From assembly GCA_965202585.1 (NCBI GenBank), contig OZ241826.1, positions 87,792,001 through 87,856,000 of the forward strand: a DNA stretch of 64,000 nt, written 5' to 3'. The notes beneath the pieces are model-generated. The model was not told where the DNA came from and searched no databases. It was given only the letters and a program-made list of their open reading frames with translations. This document shows, piece after piece, positions 1 to 12,389 of this stretch. How positions within the stretch are numbered: position 1 is the stretch's first letter; every line of letters starts with the position of its first letter. This DNA is from Thalia democratica. Its lineage: Eukaryota. A program made the translations under genes and the position numbers.

Positions 1-503
1 AATGTAGTTGAAGACAAACCCTTTTAATAAATTTTATATACACTCTTAAACAATTTTTTACTAGTCAACTGTAATAGGTTTTATTTAAACAATAAGTCAG
101 TTTATAAAATGTAAACTGTGAGGTTTTAATTGCTAATTAAATTTAATAAATCAAAATTAATAACAAGCTTAAACAACAGAAATATTTTTTAAACTATAAG
201 CAACTTCAATAAACCAATATTGTAATAAAATATAAAACAATACTTTTCTTTATAAAAAAAATAGAAGACCTATAGATTAAAAATAAATTAAAAATCATTA
301 TAGATTTTTAGCGATGGGCACAATTTTAAAAGTTAAAGTGTTTTAACATCTATAAAAGGTAGTTAAAGCATAGACTCAAAACAAAAAAAAATATATGCTT
401 TATTGTAAACAACGGTCAGTTACAACTAAAACTTAAGCAATATAGAAGTTTAAGTATCAAATTGTATATTAATATTATTTTAACAAAGTATTTTTATCAG
501 AGA

Positions 504-1254
<751 letters not shown>

Positions 1255-1320
1255 CAGTCCTTCCTCGCTAATCCGGTCCTCGCTAATCCGGTTCCTCGCT
1301 AATCCGGCCGGTTTTAGTCG
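1255..1320. mobile_element. Terminal sequence of a Tc1/mariner-superfamily (pogo/Tigger-like) DNA transposon
   Basis: TA|CAGTCC start followed by three tandem CCTCGCTAATCCGG motifs, inserted at a TA in the Groucho exon. The opposite terminus was not found in the window. Confidence 0.6.
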
Positions 1321-3032
1321 AGAAGTCGACTTTTTTACTTTAGCGTTTAATTTCATTTTACTTCGAAAAAGTATTCAATTTACGTTTTATAAGTATGTAA
1401 GCAATATATTGTTACGTCATAATAAAGTATCATTTGTATAATCTTAAGTTTTTTTCATACTTTTCCCGCTCAGTTGTAACAAACTTGTTTATTATACATT
1501 TGCAATTTTTCCGTCTTTGCTAAGCAAGTTACACTTTAATATACTACAACCAACATATCTGGTTAAAAAAATAGATAAGACAGCAAAGAAACGAATTAAT
1601 ATTGTTATTTTCAATCTCTTTGGATTTTAAAATTACTACAATTGTACTACAGGGTAGCTGTTCAACCTGAAAATTGATAAACTTAAAATAAAACAATGGA
1701 AAAACAATAAGTTTTCACAACACTAAAAATAATAATAAACCCTGGATTTTCCAACACTTACCAATGTAATATACTTAAATTCTTTTTACATATGACCAAT
1801 CTATCAAGTATATGTATCTTTAATATCCATAACTATTTAACATAATTGTTTTACTTTAAGTTTAGCTTTATAATACAAATGGACTAAAACTTTTACTTTA
1901 TCAAACCTGTGAGAAACTCCAAAAACGTGAAGATTATTTTTTAAAAGCCTTTGGCAGCTTTGGTAGTTACAGAAAACATTAATCTTAGTTAAATTTTCAT
2001 TTTTTAAATTACTTGTAATTTTTTCTATAGAATTAGTTTTAATATTAAGTAAAATTTTAAATTGTGGCAGCATAAATAAAACACTGTTGTTTTCATAACT
2101 TTTTACAAAAATCAATTGTAAGAGTATGCACTTTTTCTTAGTGAATGATATAAAACTGTGATTAAAAAGTATTGAATCATGGAACGAAGAAAAACAATGT
2201 GAAAAAAAACAATTTATTTAAAGTTTTAGTTTGATTTTTATTTAAATACATCATTTTAAGTACACTTTGTGACAAGATTTCATTAGGATATGAAAATAGT
2301 TTCCAAAAAAGAAAGAATATTGTCCTCATATAGGCAATTTGAGTTATTAGAATTTAAGTGCGAAGAAGTAATTGTGTAACTTACTAATAAAGAAGCAATA
2401 TATAATGTTAAAGCGATATTTTTTTTTAAATTTAGTCATGTGGGTGTTTATAAAAATGAGACTGGAAAATTGGAAGATTGGAAAACAATTTCAAAACTTT
2501 ACCTTGTGCTTGTAGTTAATTGCTTAATTATTGTTTTAGTTTCCTCGGATGGTATATCTAATGTTTTTATACTTAAACTACAAAAAAAAACAACTTAAAC
2601 TCTTACATTAAAATTTTTTATAGTTTTTTAGTCATTACAAAATGTTTGTGATCACAAAATAACGTTTATATTTACCTATCATAAATTACATTAAAGTTAC
2701 TAATCAACTTAGTTTTTATCAATACTTACTAAAATTTAATAAAAGTTAGGTTGTATAAAAGGGCTTGAATTTTAAGCTTAAGAACTTTTCTTTCATAACA
2801 TTCTTTTTTTAACACATTTTATTAAAATGTTAAGTTTATTTAAAGTGTAACATAAAGATAAAAAAAAGATCAATATTTGTTGTATGAAGTACTAGAATGT
2901 AGTCAGACAATGTATATAATAAGAGAATCTTAATAAAGATATTATTTTACATTGTAATCAAATTTAGTGTAGATTATTATTTTATCATTCAAACTTCCTA
3001 ACAACACATTTAACAACAGACTAAATAAACAA

Positions 3033-6000
3033 ATGTCAAAAATCTTTAAAATTTTCATTCTGCTTTTGCTGGCGTGTTGCGGCACCTGCGATTGGTGGGT
3101 TTTGTACAGTAAACATGGTAAACTGGAGAGAAGAACACCTCATATTGTGTTGGAGGGAGATGAGACCACGTTGCAGTGTTTAGTGTATCAGAGTGATGCC
3201 ATTAAAAGCAAAACTCTCGTCAACTGGTATATATTACATTACTTTTGTATTGGTTTTTTCTTAAAAGTAATCTTTTTGTTTAAAACACACCTTCAAAATT
3301 ATTGTCTTGGTGTTTTAGCTACAACTTCGATTTACTTTATCTTCAATAAAGTGTTGTTTTTGCATGTATTTTTAAGTTTGTTAGTAAACACAAGACTAAA
3401 TAGATAAACTTACATGGAGACAATCCTTGATTTTTTGAAATAAAAACCTAATTTTTGAAAATAATATAGAAAATTTAAATAAAGTCTAGAGTTGCCCCCA
3501 TGAAGGTTTTTTATAATCAATCTAATCTTGAAACTGTATACTTTTGTAAAAATTGTCACCTACAAAAGATTTTCTTAGATACAGTTTACATTAATATTAT
3601 TTTTTAAAGACAGCTTATGTAAAATTTAATTTATGTAAGCAAAAATTTTGTACAAGGTGTTTTATGATATTTCTCAAGCACGAAAATACTTCTGGCTGAA
3701 AACTTTAAGTTCCTTACTGTCTGTATAATATTTATTTTTAACAACTAAGAATAATATGATTAGAATAGTGCATTGAATTTACTGTAATAAAAAAACTTCT
3801 CAACCACTGTCTTATAAAATAAAAGGTTTCGTCAACCCGATAAATCGAAGAGTTCAATAGGAGAATTCATAGCTGGAGGGCTGATAGACCACGAGGGGCC
3901 GTGCAGAAAAGTAGGAGAAGGCAAGAACATGACCGAAATGTGCATGAAGAAGGGTACTTACGATCTAGTATTGAAAAATCCGCACAGGTCTTGTTATTTT
4001 GAACATTTTGCTCTTTCATTTAAAGATTAATTTCGGTGAAACAAAAAGATAGAAATTTTAAAAAGTTCACATCATTACCACATGCCAAGTTTGTATGATA
4101 GATCCTAGAGATATATTATACACACGCAAAGAGTAATTTGTTTTTATATAAATACACTTAAAATTTTCATACTATCCAAAAAATAAGATTTGTGTGAGTA
4201 AAAAATTATATTTAAGCTTGGTTGCAATATGTAAGTTACCACATGTTCTAGATAATAGCATAATTAACAACCACCAGAGTTGTCAAAATACTATGGTGAT
4301 GTTAAATGAATACTCAAACGTAAAAAGTGTTCTATTTTTTTACGAAGATTAAACGCTCGAGTAAACGAAGCTTTTTGATTCAACAAAACTGATATTTACT
4401 AGGTAATAAATACTCAGACAGGCTAAACTATTTTTTAAAACATTGGCAAAATGAAGAAGAGTACTTAAGTTTTGATAGTTTTTGCATAACACTTGCTAGT
4501 ATGAATGTATTTTTTAATAAAAAATATCTAGTTTTAAAATCTTTATCTGTAAACTTATTTTTCCATCAAATTCATTTTCTTATATTTTTCTTAAGGAAAA
4601 GTGATTAGTTTTTTATCACTAATGTATTTTTTTAAACATGCTTATGGCTTTATTTTTGTTTTAATATAATGAGTTATTTTGTGGTGTGACGGAAATCCCC
4701 AAATATTTGCGGAGACAACACAAAAAAATTAAAAAAATTTTATGTTTTAATTAATACTTAACATGTTGGGTTCGGGTCAAGGGCAAAGTATAAAAAAAAT
4801 AAAAAAAATGTTTTTAACTGATGATTCAGCAAATATATGGGGAGAAACCTTTGCTCTAACATCGGACCCTAAAATAATAGTACAATTCTGTTTCTAAAAG
4901 TTTATTAAGTTTCTTTTATTGCTCAAAACTTATTTTCATATAAACCGTTCAAAAATAATTTTGATAAACATCTATCAAAGTGTTTTCTGTTTACTTGTCA
5001 ATCCTTTAATATTATACTATACGTTTACAATTACTGTTTTAGACTTGATGTTTTTTATTCGAAAAACAGATCGAACGGGGGAATTTACACTTGTCAGGTG
5101 CTCAACACTGCCAACAACAAACCCATGCTGTACGGCGGCTACGAGCTCAGCGTCGTCCACCAACCATCCAAGCCAACAATAGAGTACATACCCGGTCGCA
5201 TAGTGGAAAACGGAAAGTTCACGCTCCAGTGCGTTTCGGACACCAAGTACGAACCCCTGCCGACGCTCGAGTGGTTCTTCAACGGCAACATGCTGAGGCT
5301 GCAATCTCAAGAGCGAAGAGACTTTTTGGGAGTTGAAGTCGATCCCGACGGCTTGTTGACCTTCAAACATTTCAACGCACACAACCACGGGGAGTACTAC
5401 TGCACTGCTTCCATGGTTGAATATGGGCATGACGGAATTAAGTATCCTGCCGAAGAAGTCCCGAGCTACAAAACCAAGCTGGAGGTTTCCTTCTGGTCTG
5501 ACGCGGTCATCGGCGGGTTCTGCGGCGGTTTGGTTTTGCTCACAGGCTTGTGCGTTTGTTTGTACAGTCTGTTCAGATATCCCTGCGCAGTGCCTAAGCG
5601 CATCGAAGAGTCCAAGCGCCTGGCTAGGTTCAATAGGTTCCGTGGTAACCGACCTGCAAATAATATCGCTCCAAACACCAATCACTCTGGAAAGGCTGAA
5701 AATAATACGGATCAATCGAAAGCTCACAAGAACAATGAACTGTCAAACAACCATGATCTGTTTAAAGTTACATCCGAAAGTGAGGAAAACCCTTCGGAAA
5801 GTCAAAAAAACAATGAAAGTTTAGTTCAAGAAAAAAATGAATCTGCATCAACACATCCACAATACAAGGAGTCTCAACCAGGTTCTACTGATCACAGCAA
5901 AGGTGCCACTAAAAGCCATGAAAACAGTAAGTGTCGGTCAGAAAATTCAGAAGAGATTCACGTAGACATTAAAACTGAAAACAAAGATTTACCTATCTAC

Positions 6001-6987
6001 CCGGTAATAGTTCAACAAAGCGTTCCAGAGCAAAAGTCATTGACTCGTGATTATGCAGAATCTAACAAGAATGCTCCACTAAGCAATGCAAATCAAAATC
6101 AACTTCAGCTCGGCTATGCAAGTCCAAGCGAAAATCAACAATACTCTCCTGAACAAAATGCTGTGAATCATAACTTTGCAAACGGAGCTTCCAACACTCA
6201 AGCAAGTCAGACTACACAAAATATCAACCAAGTGTCACATGCTCGTCAAATGCATCAAGCTCAGCAGAGTTATCCAAGTTCCGACTTTTTAGCCACCTTA
6301 GCTCCACCTGGTTATGTAAATTTTAACGGAGCACCACAAAGAGTTGCGAACCAAAATACAGCTCCACAAAGGTATGTCAACCCGAATGTAGCTTTGAATG
6401 TAAATTCCAATCCTAAAGTTGCCCAGCCAGTCTTTTTGAATCAAGATTTGAATTTACAAAGACATTTGTACCCAAATCAAGCTACACAAAACTTTGCAAA
6501 TAAAAATACTATTCTACAAAGAAATGCAAACCCGTATACGGTTCCACAAAGCTTTTTCAATCAAAATGTAAATACACAAATGTATGAGAGTCAAAATGTA
6601 GCTCCAAAAATACATTCAAACCCAAATGTAGTTTCACAAAGCTTTGCAAACCCAACTCTAACTCTACAAAGACATCCAAACCCAAATATGGTTCAACAAA
6701 GACATGCTAATCCAAATATGGTTCAACAAAGCTATATTAACCCAAATATGGTTTCACAAAGACATGTAAACACAAATATGGTTTCACAGAGACATCTAAA
6801 TCCAAGTATGCTTCCACAAAGACATGCTAATCCCAACAGAGCTCAACCAAAATATGCTAATCAGAATGACGTTCAACAGCCACGTTCCAGACGCCAATTG
6901 ACCGTGTTGAAGCCGGAGGAAGGCAAGAAAATAAAAATACCCGAGTCGATGGCGTGGATCGGCAACCCGTCCAACTACACTTACTAA
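3033..6987 (+). CDS. Type I membrane protein with two Ig-like domains and a long N/Q-rich cytoplasmic tail (757 aa). Exons 3033-3226, 3826-3987, 5070-6987
   Basis: Signal peptide MSKIFKIFILLLLACCG. Ig1: TLQC...NWFRQ...LVLKNPHRSNGGIYTC across phase-2 introns with GT/AG ends. Ig2: FTLQC...LEWFFNG...HGEYYC. TM segment AVIGGFCGGLVLLTGLCVCLYSLF. Total 2274 nt is in frame, and the same exon structure recurs in the paralog at 59527-63432. Confidence 0.9.
6640..6870 (+). repeat. Coding 30-bp (10-aa) tandem repeat in the receptor tail, consensus about QRH(V/A)NPNMVx
   Basis: Recurrent caaagacatg...aacccaaatatggtt units at 30-bp period; more degenerate units extend back to about 6340. Confidence 0.9.
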
Positions 6988-7560
6988 CATTTTTTGTGTG
7001 AGCTACAAAAAATTCTTATGTTATTTTTTATGGATTAATTAGTTGTTCGAAAGTTTTGTACAAAAAACAATGTTGTGATCTTAAGGGTAAGGGTTTTAAA
7101 TGTGTATGACTTTTGTTAAACTAAACTACGTTCTATGTATTTTTGACAATTTTGAATAATTGGTTTACAAATTGACTTATTTTAGATTTTTTTCATAAAG
7201 AGATACAAGTTACTAGGTTTTTTTTTTGCTGTATCTTTTATCGTTATAGAACTAGTCTGCTTAATACACAATTTTGATCTGTAGTGAAGATAGTTTTTAA
7301 CATTTTAAAATAAATTAATTAAAATGCATAGAAATATTTTATTGGTTATTTATTTCATTAGCATTTTCACATAGAATATATATTTGAGTAAAGTTCGCTT
7401 TTTTATGTCTTGATAAAATTTAATAAATAATTAACTAAGTAAAACAATTATAACTTCTATAATAGTTTTACTTTGTTTGCTAGTAGCTATTAAGCTCTTG
7501 ATGTTTTAGCAAAAAATAATTTATTTAAGCTTGTAAATATAAAACTAAATTCGTAACAGT

Positions 7561-7959
7561 CAGGGTTGCACCTTAACCTGGAATCCTGGAAAAACCTGGA
7601 ACTTGACAATCTAGGCAAAAAAAAACCTGGAAAAACCTTGATTTTTGTAAACTTTGAAAAAAACCTTGAAAACCTGGAATTTTAACAATTTTCACATGTT
7701 CAGTAATAAAATTTCGATTTGACTCAAAAAAGATATCCTATATATAAAAAAAAAGTGTCATCATCAAACATTTTTTTACTAAAAAAGATATTTAAAGTAG
7801 CTTTACAGTATCTTTTCAATGTTGTTTGACTTTTTAAACAGTTTCTTACCTAAAACTTAAATTTAAACTAAAAATTGAACCAAAAATGTGTCCTTTTAAA
7901 AACCTAGAAGAAAATAGAAAAACCTGGAAAAAATTAAAAAAAAACGAGTGGTAATCCTG
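7561..7959. mobile_element. MITE (CAGGGTTGC-terminated family, possibly hAT-related) with a 6-bp TSD
   Basis: Starts CAGGGTTGCA and ends TGGTAATCCTG; AACAGT direct repeat at 7555-7560 and 7960-7965; internal AACCTGGAA repeats. The homologous flank of the paralog near 58845 lacks the insertion. Confidence 0.8.
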
Positions 7960-8329
7960 AACAGTGCATATTTGATTTCTTTTTTCTATATTTCAGAATA
8001 CTGATTTTTCAAAGACTATAAAATGATTTTTCGAACTAATATTAACACGAAAATTTATGCACAATGCAAACTTTATACTAAGAAAAACTTCTGCTAAGTT
8101 GCTAATTTACTTTTTTGCTTAAGTTTAAACAATTTTAATCCAGTACAAGCTTTTGGCACAATCAATAAAAGCTTTGTGTAAAACTTTACAATTTTTTCCT
8201 AAAAATTTTTAAAATAAATTATTTTTGTGAGTAATATTAAAGCTTTTATTCGAAGTGTTTTTTATGAGCTTTTCTAGTTTTTCGGACTATATAATCAACT
8301 TAAATAGAAAACCTAATATGTTTAAAAAA

Positions 8330-8400
8330 TCTAACTTGATTAGAGTCTTACTGAAGAACTCAGGTGTTCCCCTAATATTTGCTGAGTCAGAAAAAAAGCT
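8330..8400. promoter_or_regulatory. Conserved non-coding block downstream of the Ig gene containing an AP-1-type TGAGTCA site
   Basis: Visibly better conserved than its surroundings against the inverted copy at 58417-58487; TGAGTCA at 8383-8389 and TGACTCA at 58428-58434. Confidence 0.35.
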
Positions 8401-9968
8401 CCTTTCATTTTCAATTTCAGTTATTGAACGTTTATTTTTTAGACTATCTTTCATATGTTTGGTTAAAGTGGGTTAGGGATATAAACAAGTAAAAAATATA
8501 AAAACAACCTTTCTAAAAACTAGTTTACATAGAAAATTTTAAGGAAAACACCTTAATGTTTCAATCGTGCCCATTTAAACACAAACTGGCTACAACTTTT
8601 TCTTGCTGAGATTCTTTCCATTTTAATATTTAGCAAATAAAAAAAAGTTTTATTAGTTTAAAATTAATACTTGTTACATAATAATTACTGTTATATATTC
8701 GTATCAACTTTACTATAAAACTAATACTTTTTTTACAATTGATTATTTTTTATTGAAGTATAAAGCCTTGAGTACTAATTTTCAATTACCAACGTTGAAT
8801 TACTGTATTAAAAAAACAATTTTATGTACAATTTTGCTCTTTTAGTAGTTTTACTTAAGACCATTTTTATGAGTAATTATAAATAAAATAGCAGGTAACG
8901 GTAAAAAATAATAAGTTTTGAGATACCAAATTTAAGATAGGTAAACAAATCTCAAAACAAATTTACCTGAATATCTTTGAATAAAAGTCTAAGCTTCTAA
9001 TTTTTTTTCAATAAAATCACGACTTAGTGACTTACATAGCTTAAATATTTTTGCAATTGTGGTAACTTAAAAAACTTCATACTATAAATTAACAGTGTAT
9101 TATTTGACTTATAAAGCTTAATTACTTTTAATTTTTTTTCTATTCTCTAAAAAATGTTAAAAATACATTATATTTTTTCTAATTAAATTTAATTTAAATA
9201 TAATTAAACTTGTTAATTGGATGCGACCAATAACACATTTGTTGTGTTTTGTGCATGTTTATATACATTCAAATGACGTATTTATATCTTAAACAAAAAA
9301 CGAAACTTTTAAATCTGTTTTAGTGAGTAAATTTTTTAAAACTTTAATACTAGTACTCTATTATCAAATGTTGAAGTTAATGAAAAACCGTTGTTTTCGA
9401 TAATTTTTCAATCAATAATTGTTGTCTAAAATAAGTATTTTATCTAAAATTTTAAATAACGATTGTTATCATTTAAAACATAAACATTTATAAGTTAATT
9501 ATAAATTACGTTTCGTTTCACTAACTAATACTTAATCATTACTCCTTTACTTGGTATGATTTAGCCTCAGTCTTTATTAAAACTAAACTAAAAAAAAAAT
9601 TAAATTTTTGTTTTTTTAAATTGTTTAATAAGGTTTGAAATAAATAAAAATAAAAATATTGAAAGTTTCAATACAGGCAAAATAAAAGTATATTGTTATT
9701 AGCTGTTAAGAAAAAAGTACAATTAAACAAGTTTTTTTTATAATTCATTTACATAAAAAAAAACAATTAAATTCTTATATTCACAGCCTACTTAATCATT
9801 AGTAATATTTAAGTTTATACTGTGCAGCACACAGTGTTAAGAAAGATATATAAAACATTAAAATATATAAAGCAAATTGCTATAAACCCACCAAGTGGCG
9901 ATGTGGCTGTGCAAAATTATATAAAAACATTCAAATATATAAAACAAATTATTGTTTAGCAAACATGT

Positions 9969-10040
9969 GGGGATGTAGCTCAGGGGTAGAGCGCGCGCTT
10001 CGCATGCGTGAGGCCCCGGGTTCAATTCCCGGTATCTCCA
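9969..10040 (+). tRNA. tRNA-Ala(CGC)
   Basis: Complete cloverleaf GGGGATG...TATCTCCA with the G3:U70 Ala determinant, anticodon arm CGCGC-TTCGCAT-GCGTG, T arm CCGGG-TTCAATT-CCCGG, followed by a T-run terminator. Confidence 0.95.
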
Positions 10041-10917
10041 CTTTTTTTTATTTTATAGACTTAATTCAACAAATACTAATTTTTATGAACCTAAATTTTA
10101 ATATCTACAACAATGTACTAAAAACAGGATATAGTTTTTCAAAAGCTTTGATTTTTGTAGAAAAACACTTACAAAACTCGATATGATAAAATATACATTT
10201 ATACAGTTAAAAAGTTTTTTTTAGTTTATAGTTTTTCTTATAAAAAAAAATTAAACATATCTATATAAAATCAAGAAGTCTAACTATAATCGTTAAACTG
10301 ATTTATTCTCTAAAACCTACTATGCTTTAGTTTAGATAGTTTTAATGTAAGTTTTTTACAGATTTAGATTTATGTTTTTTTTTTAATTTAAGTGATTAAT
10401 AACTTAAAAAACTTATAAACTAATTATTTATATAATAAATTCTATTCAACAGAAAATAGAAATATAAGTATTTCTTTGAAGAATTTGATATCTTTTAAAT
10501 TAAATTGTTTTGTTTCAATTTGTTTTCCAACTGTTGCTATATCAACTTTTTGTTGCATATGTATAAAATCTTATTTAAGGAAACATAAAATGATTAATTT
10601 CTTTTGTATTGAAGAAAAGTCTAAAGAAAATAAAAGTCTCTAAAAATAATTAAAACATCGAATTTTTTTTTAATTATGGATTTTTTCATTTTTTTTTTAA
10701 ATTGAAAATCAAACAAAACAGCTTTTATAAGCCTAAATTGTAATAATTTCTTTCTTTTTACATAAACTAAGTTTATTTAAATGTATTAGAGTTGTTTTTA
10801 GTCCTATCAATTACAAAATATTTAAACATTGTCTCGTAATACTAAATTTTGAAAAATCAAAATTGTTTTCACAGCAAGTATTGTTCATTAGATATTCAGC
10901 TGAAGTTGATTTTTTCA

Positions 10918-11356
10918 GGTAGATGTAAAATTTGCACGAGCAGACAAATTTGCTCGAGGTGACTAAATTAAACGAAAATACTTTTGCACGAAGACACTTT
11001 TGCATGGTTACATTTTTGCACGGGTTGAACTTTTTATATATTTTTTGAGTTTTTTGTATTATTGTTTTTTTTACTTTTACTCTTACCCCTAACCCTTACC
11101 CTCAGTAAGTAATTAATTTTTCCTTTTGTTTTTTATTAACTTTAATATATTATTTAAATTTATTCTTTCTTTAATTTTTTGTTATGTTTTATTTACTGTC
11201 GTGCAAAAATGACCCTCCGTGCAAAATTGACTCTTGGTTCAAAATTTTCTTTGTAAAAATTTGTCTTCATGCATCAGTATTTTCGTGCAAAACAGACCGT
11301 TCGTGCAATTTAGTCCCATTGTGCAATTATGTCTTCGTGCAATTTTGACCTTCCTT
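10918..11356. mobile_element. Foldback/MITE-like element with inverted arrays of TTTGCACG / CGTGCAAA sub-repeats
   Basis: Left arm carries repeated tttgcacg, right arm repeated cgtgcaaa(a), around an AT-rich core with ccctaacccttaccc. A partial copy lies at about 54455-54510. Confidence 0.65.
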
Positions 11357-11369
11357 CATCTTTTGAGCG

Positions 11370-12230
11370 TGTGATTAGGAGATAAAATATATACATAACA
11401 TTCCTTGTCTGTAGCTTGTCGTCGATGTAACAAATGCTTAACAGTTTTTTGTAACTAGTCTAAGTTTTGTTCATTAGCAAAGTTTTATTTTTAAACTATG
11501 TTTTGATAATTTTTTTAATATTAGAAATAATCAAAACGCTTTAATACGAAAAGAACTATGAAGTTTTTTAGAATTTACTTAATTTCTTGTGCAAAATTAA
11601 AAATTTAAAAAAATATATATTTCAATAATCTTGTTTTTTTTTAAAGCTTTAAAAATTATAAGATTTAAAAAATTATACAAAATTTTAAATTTATTCGAAT
11701 GTTAAGTTTTAAACTTTTTCAGACTGTATGGATTAAAATAAACTTCAGTAATCAAAAATATATTTAAAAATTTTGTAATTTGAAGTATTACTTATACTAT
11801 AATAATTTTTAATTAAAAAATTAAAATAAAAACAAGTATATTACTACATTAAACAGTATGTATACGTAATAAGTATTTTATACAAAGAGAAATAATTTAA
11901 AAGAAAAAGCTCAATAATTTCATTGAGCTTCGTACTTCAAACTGTATCTATTTAAAGTAAAACTATTTACTTAAATTGTTATTACAAGAAAAAACTATTT
12001 AAACAAAAATTTATTAACATGATTTTTAATTTGCCCAAAGCATATAAATGCATAAAATAAAAACTTTCTTTAGGTTAATCACAAAATGATGAACATTAAA
12101 TAGTTGAATTTCAATTTGTTGAACTTTTCTATTTTTGATGCAATTTGTAGATCAGTTTTCTTAAATTTTTAATTTGAACAAATTTTATTGAAACCCATCA
12201 AAGCAAGCTTAGTGAATACCAATTCAGTTC
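11370..12230 (-). repeat. Inverted third copy of the sequence upstream of tRNA-Glu (about 39620-40580; also about 50300-51340)
   Basis: Colinear reverse-complement matches, e.g. gttacatcgacgacaagctacagacaaggaatgtta, gtattaaagcgtttt and cagtctgaaaaag. Confidence 0.8.
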
Positions 12231-12296
12231 AGAATGTTCTAATTCTATTATCTATATATGTATATACAATTGTTTCACAGTTCTGTTGAACAAAAC

Positions 12297-12370
12297 AGAT
12301 CTTCAGTTTAAGAGAGCCTCTATATATATATATATATATAGAGAGAGAGGCTCTCTGCAACTGAAGATCT
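12297..12370. repeat. Palindrome centred on an (AT)n tract
   Basis: AGATCTTCAGTT-ta-AGAGAGCCTCT (AT)n AGAGAGAGAGGCTCTCT-gc-AACTGAAGATCT. Confidence 0.9.
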
Positions 12371-12389
12371 ATAATTTATTAGAAAAAAT

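Noticed and set aside
5017-5824. ORFs 5017-5727(-), 5091-5336(+), 5417-5824(+), 5466-5681(-)
   Set aside because: Shadow frames of the GC-rich Ig exon; stop-poor because of composition.
6640-6870. 30-bp periodic array (and its copy at about 59680-59960) as a CRISPR array or satellite
   Set aside because: Coding 10-aa repeat of the receptor tail.
11080-11105. ccctaacccttaccc as an interstitial telomere
   Set aside because: Only about two imperfect units, located inside a foldback element.
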